This document shows, piece after piece, positions 23,630 to 40,800 of a DNA stretch of 64,000 nucleotides. A model generated the notes under the pieces. The model was not told the origin of the DNA and did not search any database. It saw only the letters and a program-made list of their open reading frames with translations. Numbering within the stretch: the stretch's first letter is position 1; the number at the start of each line of letters is the position of its first letter. The position numbers and the translations under genes are program-made. Source of the DNA: Lingula anatina (lineage: Eukaryota > Animalia > Brachiopoda); NCBI GenBank assembly GCA_051362555.1, contig CM120643.1, positions 19,658,848-19,722,847 on the forward strand, given 5' to 3'.

Positions 23630-25091
23630 TTCACAATGTTTGGGAAATGAATTCTTTCACTGGGCTTGTAGTTCTACTTTTTGGTTTTAGCTGAGAAGAT
23701 CAGATTTTGACCTTTAAAAAAATGAGGGGAAATTGCTGAATTGATAATTTACACATTTCAGTTAATAACTTTTGATAGTGTAGGGTGAAATTGAAAATTA
23801 GCCCAGCCATGGAGTGCTTAGGTTTATAGTGCTAGAATAGGAATCAATGTATTAATTATAAATGGTGATGCGCTCAAGATTTTTAAAACATGGATTAATA
23901 ATGTTATGTGCAAGATAATGTTTTAACGGGGAGTGTACATTTTTCTTGGGGGGGGGGGGGGGGTTGGTATATATTTATTGGGATGTCTGTTGTGGTTTTT
24001 AACTTGGTTGAATTACTAAAAGTACGCATTAACTGTTTGTCACCACTGTTTGAATACATGAAGTAGCACTTTTTTTTCCATTTCTTAAGAGTTGCGTTGT
24101 AGTCGCACCTTGTAGATAGTTTCACATTGGGCTTTGTTTTTGTATTTTTTCACGTTACTGCCTTACCAAAAATAATGCATTAGTAAATAAAGGATGAACA
24201 TTAAATGTTAAATCCTCCGCTTGCTGCATGAAATGTGTGATACACAATAAGATCTGCTTTTATGATATTAATTGAAAATTAAGTTATATTTATTGGGCAG
24301 CCGATTTTGATATAGATCAATGTTGTAGTTCATGTACTTACCTGGGGTTAGGACTTCAAACTGCTCAAAAATTGGTTTTGAAATAAAAAGCGCTTTGAAG
24401 CCAATTTTAAATATGTCAGTGTTTAGGGACAAAATATATGCATAAATTACAGTAAAAATTTACTAAGTAGTTTTAAAGATGTGTTAAGAAAACGTTTTGC
24501 TTGTTTGTTTATTGCATGTAGCTTTAATCATGAATGTCAATAAGTCCTTTACTGTAGCTTGCATATTTGTTCCAGATTGATATGTTTAGAAGGTAGCACT
24601 TCTATATCAGGTAAGGTCACTGGCAGAAATAGAACTTGTAGATTAACAGAAAAAAACTTAATTTAAAACTAAAAAAAAAATAATTACTGGATGATTTTTC
24701 TTGCATCCTGTGTTGTACATTGGACATTTTATCAGGGGAATTTTTACAGTGTTATTGGTGATAAGGGTTTTTGTTTTGTTTTATAATATTTTAATTCTAG
24801 AATTACTTTTTTGTGGATAAATCAAATGTTGTGGATAATGTGGCCAAAACTGAAATTAATGAGACAAATTCTATAAAAAAAAAAGCTGCTCAATTTTAGG
24901 ACAGTAATATCAGAACTGAAATACTATAATTATTTTAAGTGGATTAACTGAGCTCATCGAGTTCAGCGTAGTGTTAACAAAGTACATTTCTCACATACAC
25001 ACAAGCTAGATAATGTGCAAGGAGGATGGGAGCAAGTTTATCTTATTCATATTGTAACTAGCATCTGCACTATCTTGGTTTGTCGGTCAGT

Positions 25092-25097
25092 AATAAA
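25092..25097 (+). terminator. Candidate Piezo polyadenylation signal AATAAA
   Basis: AATAAA at the end of a T-rich 3' UTR-like stretch; other AATAAA near 24186 and 24383. Confidence 0.4.
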
Positions 25098-25124
25098 ATT
25101 TCTTACATGAACATTTTACTACTC

Positions 25125-25130
25125 TTTATT
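25125..25130 (-). terminator. Candidate GMPR polyadenylation signal (TTTATT on +)
   Basis: AATAAA on the minus strand about 2.1 kb past the GMPR stop; alternatives near 25442 and 25581. Confidence 0.35.
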
Positions 25131-27243
25131 TCACCTTGAATTCATGTAAGGACCTATTTTTATCCACAATCCACAATTTGTGATGCATGTGCACACATTT
25201 TGAGCAACATGCCAAACTGAAAGTCCTTAATAAGCAGCAGTAAAGTTTTGAAAGTTTAACCCAAATTCTCAGTAAGGTCACTAAGTGAAACAGGGTCAAG
25301 AGTTTTACAGCAACACCTAGATATAGCCTTCTCTGATATATTTGACTAGAAGGCTAGGATTAATCATTTCTAGGCCCCTGTGACCTCATAAACTTTGAGA
25401 AAAAAAATGCAGTTCATGGTTTCACTTATTTGTGAAGGGAATTTATTACTCCAAATACATGCTGATTGTCCACAAAGTTAAAACAATTCAAAATCTGGCA
25501 AGATGGGATGCGCCAATCACTTCAACCTTAAACACTGCCCTCAACCATCATATGGAAATAGTTCTCACTAAATACTATGATTTATTTTGTAAAGTTTTGC
25601 ATATATTTAAGTTGGACCATAATTTCTTAAAGAATAAATAAAGTACTTGTCTAAAACTGGATTCTTACAGACACTAAATACAAAGATCAGTACAATGCAA
25701 TAGAAACTGTGATCTTAATTATGAGACACCTCAACTGAAGGAAATGCTGTAAAGATACAAAAAAGTAACAAAAGGTGTGACTGCCCCACATCACGAGATC
25801 GGTCAACATTTTCAGGCAAAATTAACACCACAATTCAAAATTTTACGACATGATCCCACAAGAGAGATCCTTAACCAGATATATATAACATTCATATCAT
25901 GTAGGACCTCTTACACTGTAGTAGCTGAAAACAATCACTGATGTGCAATTGTACTGGCCTTATTATTCCTCTATTGTACTTACCCACAAATCTCATACTT
26001 CATTTATTTCAACATTGTTTTTGTTTTCAAGGTTTACCATGTATAACTCAAAATAATATGCTAATTTTAAGTGGTGGAATATCTCTTTAAGGTATTACAC
26101 ACAAAAGCAGAATTTAAAGAGGTCCACACTTGATCAACATTACTCAAATTTGGTGAGGAATCGTCACACTGGATCATGTACTTGAATAAGCACTTGTGTA
26201 TGTTGACAATAAATAAGGCGTGTGACACACAGTATATGAAGTCAATAAGTAACGGTGAAAGACTACATCACACAAGAACAACAACAGTAACAACAAAGAC
26301 AATGTTAAATACTGTATATGACCTTAACTCCAGCTGTTTTCAATGCCAAACTTAACCACTGAGATCTCCAATTGAAGGATAACAAGTGTCTCTCATCCTG
26401 GCCATTTACTTATGAGCAATAATACTTTTACCTCCATCCTGAGTTTGAAGTCTACTGGAAGCTTACCCAGAAGACTGCCACTACAGCCACTGAACTTGAC
26501 TACACGAAACTGACCATTTTTTACCCATTTTCATTCCAAATTTTCCCCAGTGTGAACACAAACTAAGACACATGCATAAGGCAACAATTACTGAGGTGAA
26601 GTGGACAACTCACTTAACAATAAGTACACGACATCTGCCACTTGGACAGGGAAGGTGTGCCGGCATCATCAGCAACAATTTGCAGTATGAAACCAAAATA
26701 CTGCCACAGTTGCATACATATTTGGACTATTTCGAGTCAAATATTGGTCTTACTTGTGTTGTCAAAAGAGAGGGAAACCGAAGTCCGCAGGCACTCTTGC
26801 TGAATGCAATCAGGTTAACAGAATGACATGCCTCCTCAAGCAGCACAAGGAAGTTAACCACCCCTAGCTGCTAGAGGAGGCTTGTGTTTCAGTCAATCTG
26901 ATTGATTCAGTGAGTCCTCGCAGAGTTAGGTCGATCCACTAAGGATGACAGTTTCACTGTGAATGCACCCTGTAACAGGGCTAGTGTGAGTGCTGCATGG
27001 CCACACAGTGTATAACTTGCACATTTCCATTTACTAGCCAACTCAAATGTCTTACAACTGTGGTCAATTCTTTTGAATATAGAATGAGGTAGCAAGCTCA
27101 CTAAACCCATGGATACAGATCTGTTCAATTCAGTTGGCTTCACAAAAAAAGAGAAAAGCATGCGCAGCAAGAAATTAAAGCTGGTTCTATTTAGAGTTTC
27201 TGTCCTCCTCCTTTCTATATTCTACTATATTTTACTTTGCAAA

Positions 27244-31610
<4,367 letters not shown>

Positions 31611-31743
31611 CTTTAGCTCTGAATCAAATATTTCCCGCCAAACTGTATTCACTAATTTTAATCTCTCAACAAATGTGGTCGAGACGAAAGAAGAAAGTCG
31701 CCTCCGTATTCTGGAGAGTTCCTAATATTTCCCGTTATATTTG

Positions 31744-31748
31744 ATTGG
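31744..31748 (-). promoter_or_regulatory. CCAAT box in the GMPR proximal promoter
   Basis: gATTGGtt about 135 bp upstream of the GMPR ATG in a CpG-containing stretch. Confidence 0.35.
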
Positions 31749-31756
31749 TTGATATT

Positions 31757-34436
31757 TAGTCCGGTGGCTTAAGGAAAAAATCGTGACACGGCGGATAAAA
31801 GCACCAAATTTGGCATGTAGTTACCTTTTGACATTCTAAATCAAATTAGAGCCGTAGCCCTCTCAAACAATTTACCGTTTGGTCAAAAAATCCAAAATGG
31901 CCGCCAATTTATGGAATTCTTTAGAAATATGTACATACCCATGTTTATTTTTATCAAATAAATTATTTCCTCAGAGTTTTCCACATCCTAATTACCCATT
32001 TTATTCATATATGCCAGATAGCAAACAAGTTCCCTTGGACTTTTTGAAAAAATCCAAGATGGCTGTCATATGCCATAGAAACAGCCATAGGAATACCAGT
32101 GCACAACTAATACCAGCTATAAAGATACGTTGTCCACTATCAAATTAAGTCTGTTTCTCAGATTTTTGTTACCCACATAATATGTTTGAGGTGAGTAACT
32201 GCGAATTAAGTGTTCTTGGGCATTTTGGAAAAGCCAAGATGGCTGCCATGTGCCACAGGAATTCTAGCATACGGGGGATTCAACTAATGGCAACTGGAAA
32301 GATTAATTTTCCACTATAAAATTAAGTTTGTTTCTGAGTGTTTTCCACATCCTTTCCACCCACACAATATGTATGTGGTGAGTTACTAACATGTATTCTT
32401 GGGCATTTTGAGAAAATCCAAGATGGCCGCCATATGTCATAGGAATTCTTCTAGTATTACAAAGGGTTAGAACTAATGCCAGCTAGGAAAAACATAATTC
32501 ACTATCAAATTCAGTTTATTTTTTCAGTGTTTTACACATTATTATTACACTTTGATACATATCTAGCAGGTAATAAATGTGCACATTTGATCATTTTGAG
32601 AAAATCCAAGATGGCCGTCATTGGCCATAGGAATACTACTGGAATTACAACTGCACATCCATGGCTTTTCATCTACTACCAGGGTGCAATTGTGTTTGCT
32701 TATCACGTTTTTCCCATCCTTATTAGTCCTTTAGTCCTATGATATATATCTGGTGGGTAAATAGTGTGCATCCTTGGATATTCTGAGAAAATCCAAGATA
32801 GCTACAATTTGACATAGGAATACTAAGGAGTGGGTTTCAATTGCTGCATGTGGTTCATTATACAATTACATTGCCTTGGGTTTGTTTTAAAAATAATTTA
32901 CGTTTTTCTTTCCATTTGTTATTACCCCTATGATGTATACCTCGTCTGTAGCATGTGTGTATCTTTAGGTATTCTGAAAAAAATTCAAGATGTCTGCCTT
33001 TTGTCATTAGAATATTGGTACACATAATCAGATAATGCCAGAGATACACTGAGTACAATTTAAATGTTGTTAACTTTAGATTGTTTTTAAACGTTTTCCC
33101 TTTCATATCCTATTTATCCTTATGACATACTCTGTGTGTGTAGAAAGTGTATGTATCCTTGAGTACTATTCACTTGCGATAGGAATATATCATTCAAATG
33201 CACATAGGTGTCAATTAATGGAACAGTTCAGACATTGATTCCAACATGAAATAAAGCCGTTTGATGTTCAAACACGTTGACATCCTTATTAACCTTAATC
33301 TATATAAATCTGGTGTGTAGCAAGTGTGCATCTTGCGTATTTGAGAAAATTCAAGATTGCTGCAATTCACAATAGGAATAGTACAGTCAACTAGTGCCAG
33401 AGAGACATTGGGTTCAATATAAAATGAATTTTGTTTCTCGGTATTTCCCACATTCTATTTGGACTTTGAGATATCTATCTGGTGGGTAACAAGTGTGTAC
33501 CCTTAAGTATTTTGACAAAATATCATAATGACCTTGATTTGCCGTAGAAGTGCCTATAAAATCCAATGCACCAGTTTTCCTATGGGGAAAAGAAGGCCAT
33601 CTTGAATTTCCCCAAAATGATCAAATATGGACATTAATTACCTAACAGATATGTATCATGGGATAATAATAATAATAGAAGAAAAACAACTGAATGTAGC
33701 TTCATTTTATATGGAAACCCATCTCTTGCAGGTATTAACTTAACCCCACCTTCTATGGCTAATGGCAGCCATTTTGTTTTGTTTCAAAAAGGATACACAT
33801 AACATTCTCATCACATATATATTATGTGGATTAAAAAGATGTGGAAAATACTCAGAAACAAACCTAATTTATCAATTAATATTATATCTCAATGGCAGAA
33901 GAAGCCCTATGTGTATACTATAGTGTTCCTTTGATATGGCGGCCATCTTGGATTTTTCTCGAAATGCCTGAGAATAAAGGTTAGTTACTCACCAAAAATA
34001 TATTATTTCTGTAATAAGGCACTCAGAAACAAAATTAATTAGATAGTGGGCAATGTATCTTCCTAGTTGGCATTAGTTGAAAACCCTTGTACATGTTCTA
34101 GTATTCCTATGCCATACGGCGGCCATCTTGGATTTTCAAAAAGTCCAAGGACACTCGTTTGTCATCTGACATTTATGCATAATATGGGTAATAAGGATGT
34201 GGAAAACATTGAGAAAATACTTAATTTGATAAAAATCAACATAGGTATGTATATATTTCTACAGAATTTCACATATTGGCGGCCATTTTGGATTTTTTGG
34301 CCAAAGGGTAATTTTTTTCCGTGGGCTACGGCTCTAATTTGATTTAGTATGTCAAAAGGTACCCACATGCAAAATTTGGTGCTTTTATCCGCCGTGTCAC
34401 GATTTGGCCATTTTTTTGCCCTAAGCAACCGGACTA
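31757..34436. mobile_element. 2.7-kb non-autonomous DNA transposon with long TIRs, Academ-like
   Basis: TAGTCCGGT...ACCGGACTA ends, ATT 3-bp duplication, long matched arms, internal aaatccaagatggc repeats mirrored between halves, no transposase ORF. Confidence 0.8.
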
Positions 34437-34837
34437 ATTGTTAAACAGTTTGAAGTGCAACTGCGACATCGTGACTTGTTTGTGAATAGTTCAACAGAGG
34501 AAACCCTGATTACAGATTTTATGTGAAACAACTACAACGCTTTTTTTTTTTCAAACGAGAAGAGATGTTTATTTGTTCAATAAAGCTTTTCGAATTTACA
34601 CCATATCAAAAGATTTATTCAATTCACACTTTTTGCCAATAACGTACGTAGGCTTAATTTGTTTTGTTACACTTATCTTGCAACCACAAGTATATTTTTC
34701 AGGCTGTACACGTAGCTAATAAAAACAGGAAAACTGGAAAAGGCGTAAGCCTTTGCAGTTTCAATCAGTCTTTCCTTGTTATCTGTAAAGTCGGGGTAGA
34801 CATCCATATCTAATACTGAATTTTATTTTATTATATT

Positions 34838-34896
<59 letters not shown>

Positions 34897-35005
34897 TTTT
34901 GGCTAAGTTCTTTTAATTCCATTTATATCATTTACTGTTGATCTATTTCATCTTTTTTTTTTGTCTTATTTTATCTTGTCACGCTTATCATATCATCGTA
35001 ATCAT

Positions 35006-35060
<55 letters not shown>

Positions 35061-35499
35061 TTCATTTATTTATCGTACAATGGTACATTTTTATGTGGTT
35101 GTCAATGTGAATGATACACCTGTTTTAATAGTTTCCGTACTTATTTGATTGTATTGTCCTCATGTGGTAGAACTTCAGAATTATTCAGAAAAAAAGGTAA
35201 ATGAGTACAATTTTTTATCAAAATAAGATTTTTCACATTCTGAATGCACCATGAAAAATAGATCTAGCGTTAATTTAAAGAGTTAAGGATGTATTTTTTC
35301 CGTGTCACTAACATACTTATGTCCTACGTTAATCACACGCATGCACACACGCACGCACGCACGCACGCACACTAAGTCTTTACATTTCAACTTTTTTGGT
35401 TTCAGAACTTTCTCTGTCCGACATGGACTACTGGTGCAGTAAGAACACTTATACAACCCGTGCTTTTCTAGACAAGCTAGTGCTGTGAGTCATATTCTG

Positions 35500-35810
35500 T
35501 TAAAGGGATAACAACTTTTCGTATGAGATTCATATGTCACAAAAATACCTTGTAAACAACTCATAGAAATATAATACATTCCATTTTACCGCCAAGAAAG
35601 CGGTTATGGCAATTATTCTGGCATATCATCGTGTCATCTTGTTATCGTGGACCTTCATAGATACCTACACTTAAGAGATTATTACAAAAAAAATTAGAAG
35701 AAATGCCATGAACTAACTAGTTAGTATAAAGTATGGGAAAATCTTACACAGAAAAATTTTTTTTTTTTTTATTTTTTTTTTGCAAAAGCAAACAGTTGTT
35801 ATCCCTTTAA
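35500..35810. mobile_element. TTAA-flanked Kolobok-like MITE
   Basis: TTAA-AGGGATAACAAC...GTTGTTATCCCT-TTAA; homologous to 13430-13774. Confidence 0.8.
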
Positions 35811-36878
35811 AATAATTACAGAGAGGAATTTTAATTAAAATTAGCATATCTATATCCAATGATATGAAAAGAACTTGGCAGATATGTTATACGATCACTG
35901 ACGTTTATTAATAACCGAGAATTACATGTGGAAATTAGTAAAAAGCGAGACAGTCCCTTCATCAAATTGTACTACGTCGACGTGGCCCCGACCCTACCCT
36001 TTACCAGGGCTACAGATTGATTTTTCACTAGAAGTTCACAGATATGTCTCTGGTTAAATATACGGTAATTCTCTACACTGTGAGAGAAAAAGTCCACATA
36101 TATAATATGCGGCCCTGGTAGAGGGTACCCCGACCCCTTCTGCAGCGCGCCTTGCCCCCCCCCCCCCCCCAAAGCCCCCCCCCAAGCCGCCTTAGCACAA
36201 TGTCATTCATTTCCTAAACATGAAGAATGCGTTGCCGAAATTTTGACACTGAAATTGATACGAGGTTAGTTTAAAAAAATATTGTTTGAAAAATTAGATT
36301 TAAGTTTGGTGATGTATTTTAACACAATTTAAAAATAATGCTGCGTGATAAAGTAAAGGTTTCCTTCAGCAACAGATTTTTATAATATCTTTTCAACAGC
36401 AATAACAATGCAATATGGTTAATTTGGCTCAATTTAGTTGACTAATTATGTTCAAATTAAACTGCCAAGAGAATTACTAACAGATACTTGAGTCCACAAT
36501 GGATAGCGCCTTCTGTTTAAAGCAACATCCCATTTTATTAAATAATTCAGATCGTTGATCTCCCCCCCCCCCCCCAATGCTGTCTGGTTGCTCTTCCCCA
36601 GTGTCTAGGATGCCTCCGTTCCACCAACTCTTCTTAATTTGGAATATATTTGATAATATTTCATCAATCAGTCAATATCCTTTCGTTTTTTTCTGAATTT
36701 CCGGATGTAACAGATATGTAGGCCTACTCAAATGTATTTTAATGCTAAGGTTGCGGTGGCTACCTGTAACAAGGAATAGGCAGATTTTTTCTTTGATTTT
36801 TTTTAAAGATTCAGTCGAAAAGTAAAGAAAATTTAAAATAAAGAAAAGAAAAGTAAGAAAAGAATATTGTTAATAATG

Positions 36879-37046
36879 CAGGGGCGGATCTAGAGTTATT
36901 TTCTGACAGTCTCCCAAATTATCTTTGTTGATCCATCCTCCATTTTTGACCGTCTTCCGACAGAAAACATACGATATATGTCAATGTAAACGTGAAAATC
37001 TGACCGTCTTCTGAAAGACCCAGAAGACGGCCTAAATCCGCCCCTG
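36879..37046. mobile_element. ~165-bp MITE
   Basis: caggggcggatc...atccgcccctg with aataatg duplication. Confidence 0.82.
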
Positions 37047-37769
37047 AATAATGACACTTATGATTCCATTATAACCTGTTCAACTTCTTGCTTTCAAACA
37101 TCTCTGTTTGTGCAGACCTCAAATCTTAAAGTTGAACCGTTTCCCTTGGGTCGATAGGTGCCGTAATTTCTCCCCAATACTTTATTAAAATTTGAAATAT
37201 TAGGACGCAGTGGCGTCTTAAATTGCCCCAATATGTTGAAAGGAATATAAAAATATTTTCCTCGATAAAGGGCCCAACAGATTTCAGTATGTCAAATGAA
37301 GAAACGATGCTAACTGATAAAATCCATGGATCTTTTGTTTAAGTCATTGAAATAATCAAATTCTTCGTGACTAAAATTACCAAGCAGCTCTCTATTTCTG
37401 AAGCCACCCTCCTCTATTCCGATAAGTCGCCGGTCGATGAGCTGCTCATTTCCCAGCATGCCTCTCGCTTCAGGTGTTTATCTGCCCATAATTTGCCGAG
37501 TATCGACTGGCTGTCAATAGTTGCTAAGAGCCGCCGCGCCCCGTGTACTGGGTAGACATGACATCGGGAGAAAACGCGTCGCGACCCTCCGACGACAAAT
37601 AATGCTCACTTGGCCGTGAAACTGGGAAGGGATTATACCGTTGGCGATTTCCAGTGTCCATCGCTGTATATACATTATTCAGAGAAGGATTTACACGGTG
37701 AAAAACAGCGCCCGGGCGCTTAGTTCTATTCTTATATCTCAGGTCCACTCGCCGCAGTGCTCGGCGAAC

Positions 37770-37890
37770 ATGGGCTGCTTCGGAGGGAATGAGGGTGACG
37801 ACGATGCCAAGAAAAAGAACAAACAGATCGAAAAACAATTAGAAAAGGACAAGCAGAATTTCAAGGCGACACATCGTTTGCTTTTATTAG
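37770..37890 (+). CDS. GNAS: G protein alpha-s, distal first coding exon (1a)
   Basis: [41 protein letters not shown] then gtaggt, phase 1; the ATHRLLLL motif is Gs-class specific. Confidence 0.9.
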
Positions 37891-40800
37891 GTAGGTACGG
37901 CAATGCACTGCGCATCATGATTGTAATGTATGTTGCATAATTAAAGAGGTTGTTTCCACTTGGTTATTTAATGATACATATGGATATCTATAGGGGTGCA
38001 TTGACAATGGACGCGAAGGGCTTTTCTTTCCTTGCATGCAGCCAAGGCACTAATGCTTTATTTGCTTTCCACCTCTTATTCCACAACATTGGGCAAACAA
38101 AATTCCGACATTCTGTGTGCAAACGTGTACGAGCAAACACCCAACCCATTGACCGGTTTTCAATGCTGATTGCAGTGCCGGTGACAAGATCTACTAAGTG
38201 TGTGGACTCTTTGCCTCGTGTTTTTCGGGTTACTATTTGAGTGTCCATAAACAAAACTGAGCGTCTATCAGTGAAGCTCATGGAACCGTGGTTAATTCGT
38301 GCCTTTTTAATACACTTCCATAGGCATGCAGCATTATCACACGCCCAAAATGGCGGCTTTAACGATGACCACTTCACCATTTTCACATTAAGAATATTAA
38401 GACATTAAACAGAAGTCAGTCATTGGTATTCGTAGATTTTCAACATTGACCCGTTCAACAATAACTTATTTACAATACGAAACCCTAGAATTTGCAATAT
38501 CAAATTATATAGGCCGCGTTGATTCTATTGAAGCACGGCGACTGCTGCGTCTATATTTTTGTCAACTCCACAGACATACATAACATACACATCAGCTTCG
38601 CTTGGCGAGCACACACGCACCGCCGACCAGCAGCTTTCTCCTCAAACATGAAGATTCGTGTGATAGTAACAACGCTTGACCGACGCCTACACTAGAAAAC
38701 CCCTTTTCATGAAGAGGTTTGGCTTATCACATTATCAACCAAAACGCTGGAGGGCAAATATATATAATGTCACTGCATTATACTAGGAGAAAAAAACTCT
38801 GGATTTCATGTTAGCAGTGCTCCGATGACAATTGACGTTCTACACAAAATATGCCATAAATTTGTAATGCTTGCACTTTGTCGGATACGTGCATGTATAT
38901 TGCACATGATGCATGAGCCAGTAGTATTCATACACAGCTCTCCTTCGCTGGCTACAGCCAGATCCATACATCTTAGGGCGAGTTATTGTAGTGGGATTTT
39001 GCAGAGCGAAAAATCGATGGCCGCTATCCAGCCGGCATGCTCTCTGTCGCTATCCCAATGTAGGCTTGTATGAAGACAAGCAAAGTGCAGAGGAGAAAGC
39101 ATGCTGGCACATGTAGGGGAAAAGATTATAGGAGATATTGGTTTTTATGGTTTTGTTTTCATAAATAAATAAAAAAACGTTAAAACTTGAGTCTGCTGAT
39201 CTCAACCGACCGTACCGACAGTGTCCTATTTGAGACGATGAGGAAAATAGGCTGTTCTGACAGAATAAAAGAATATCGTCTCCATTTGACCGTTTTATCT
39301 AATTTTTTTTCTTTAATGATATATTCTTGGGTTCAAACATTCTACGATTCCGTCATATCATATTTCCATAAAGGTCTTTAGTGTTGATTCAGTTTCATTC
39401 CAACGGTGTAAGTTGTCCATGACTGGATGAAGTTAAACCTGTATTTGTATTGGAAGACATCGGCTCCATGACGGGCTATTACACACACCATATCAGCTAA
39501 CAGGAATATTACATTGCGCGAAGAAGTAAGAAATAACTACGGTAGAAAGACATTACAGGACACACTCACAAATATATATGCTATGTGCAAGTCCCTTATT
39601 TCGATGTAATTGTACTAGCCAGGATGTAAAAACGCTGCATATAAAATTTTTGTGAATAGAGTGTCAGTGGGGCTCATTGTTTGCCTTTTCTTCCCTGGAA
39701 AGTTACGAGAAGGGAGTTAACCCATTATTTTAATTTTAGATAGAGTCTGAATCCGTTTTTACACTTGAGAACGAGTTGTTTATGACGCATAATTAACGTC
39801 TTGGATGTAATTATCAATATTGCTATATTTAACATAGGTGATAGGTTTAGGTGATTTCGTTGTTAGTAACTTAGTCTTGGTGCTACGCGTTTTTCCGACA
39901 TTTTATTAAAATAAACTCAGTTGTGGCAACGCAACTATAGCGATCTGTGTTTATGGACACAATAAAGCAAATTACCCTACATATCGATTTAGTCTTTTTT
40001 TTTTTTACTGCGTCGTTAACTTCTGGGGCACAATCACTAAAACAACTGCTGGAATTTCGGCGATATAACTAACAAACCGTGGCCATAAAATTTGCTTTCA
40101 TATTCGACCCCCCCCCCCCCCACCACCACCACCACTCAATCGACTTGACGTTTTAGAGAAAAATTGATCAGCCAGCACGCTGTCATCATCATCATCATCT
40201 TCTTCTTCTTCCCCTCCCCCTACTTCCCAGCCATGCCCTTTTTGTTGTCACAAGTAAAAAAAAAAAGTAACGCTGCTTTCCTTATGCCTGGTAGCACTCA
40301 AAACACAAGAAGCTGGAAGCTGAGGAAGATGTGTCGCACACAATTAAGATGACTTTGAAACGATATGCCACGAAGGACAAACCAATCATCCATAGTCACG
40401 TTGTAAACAGAATAACAGGTCTCAATACCCTGATTGATAGCACTATAACTAACTCCAAATGCCATGAGTATCGAGCGTTGACATTTCCTGTTTCATTACA
40501 TCATGCAGAAATCTTCATAAATGTTGCGTTTACAATCCCATGACAGTTTTCATTTTTTATAACCTCCACCAGACAGTGTAAGTAAACATCTTTCTGTTCG
40601 TCTGTACGGCTATGCACGTCTGGTAAAAAGATTGCAGACCTGCGGCTAGCAATTTCAAAGGTGGTTCTTTTTCTGAAAAAGTGGGCCTTTTTTACCCCCT
40701 TAGTTGACAGTTGATCCAAGTATATATCTTTATAAAAACGTGGTGGACAGAGTGGATAAACGTGGATAATATGCTCAGTAATCCAGGTATGTCCATTAAT

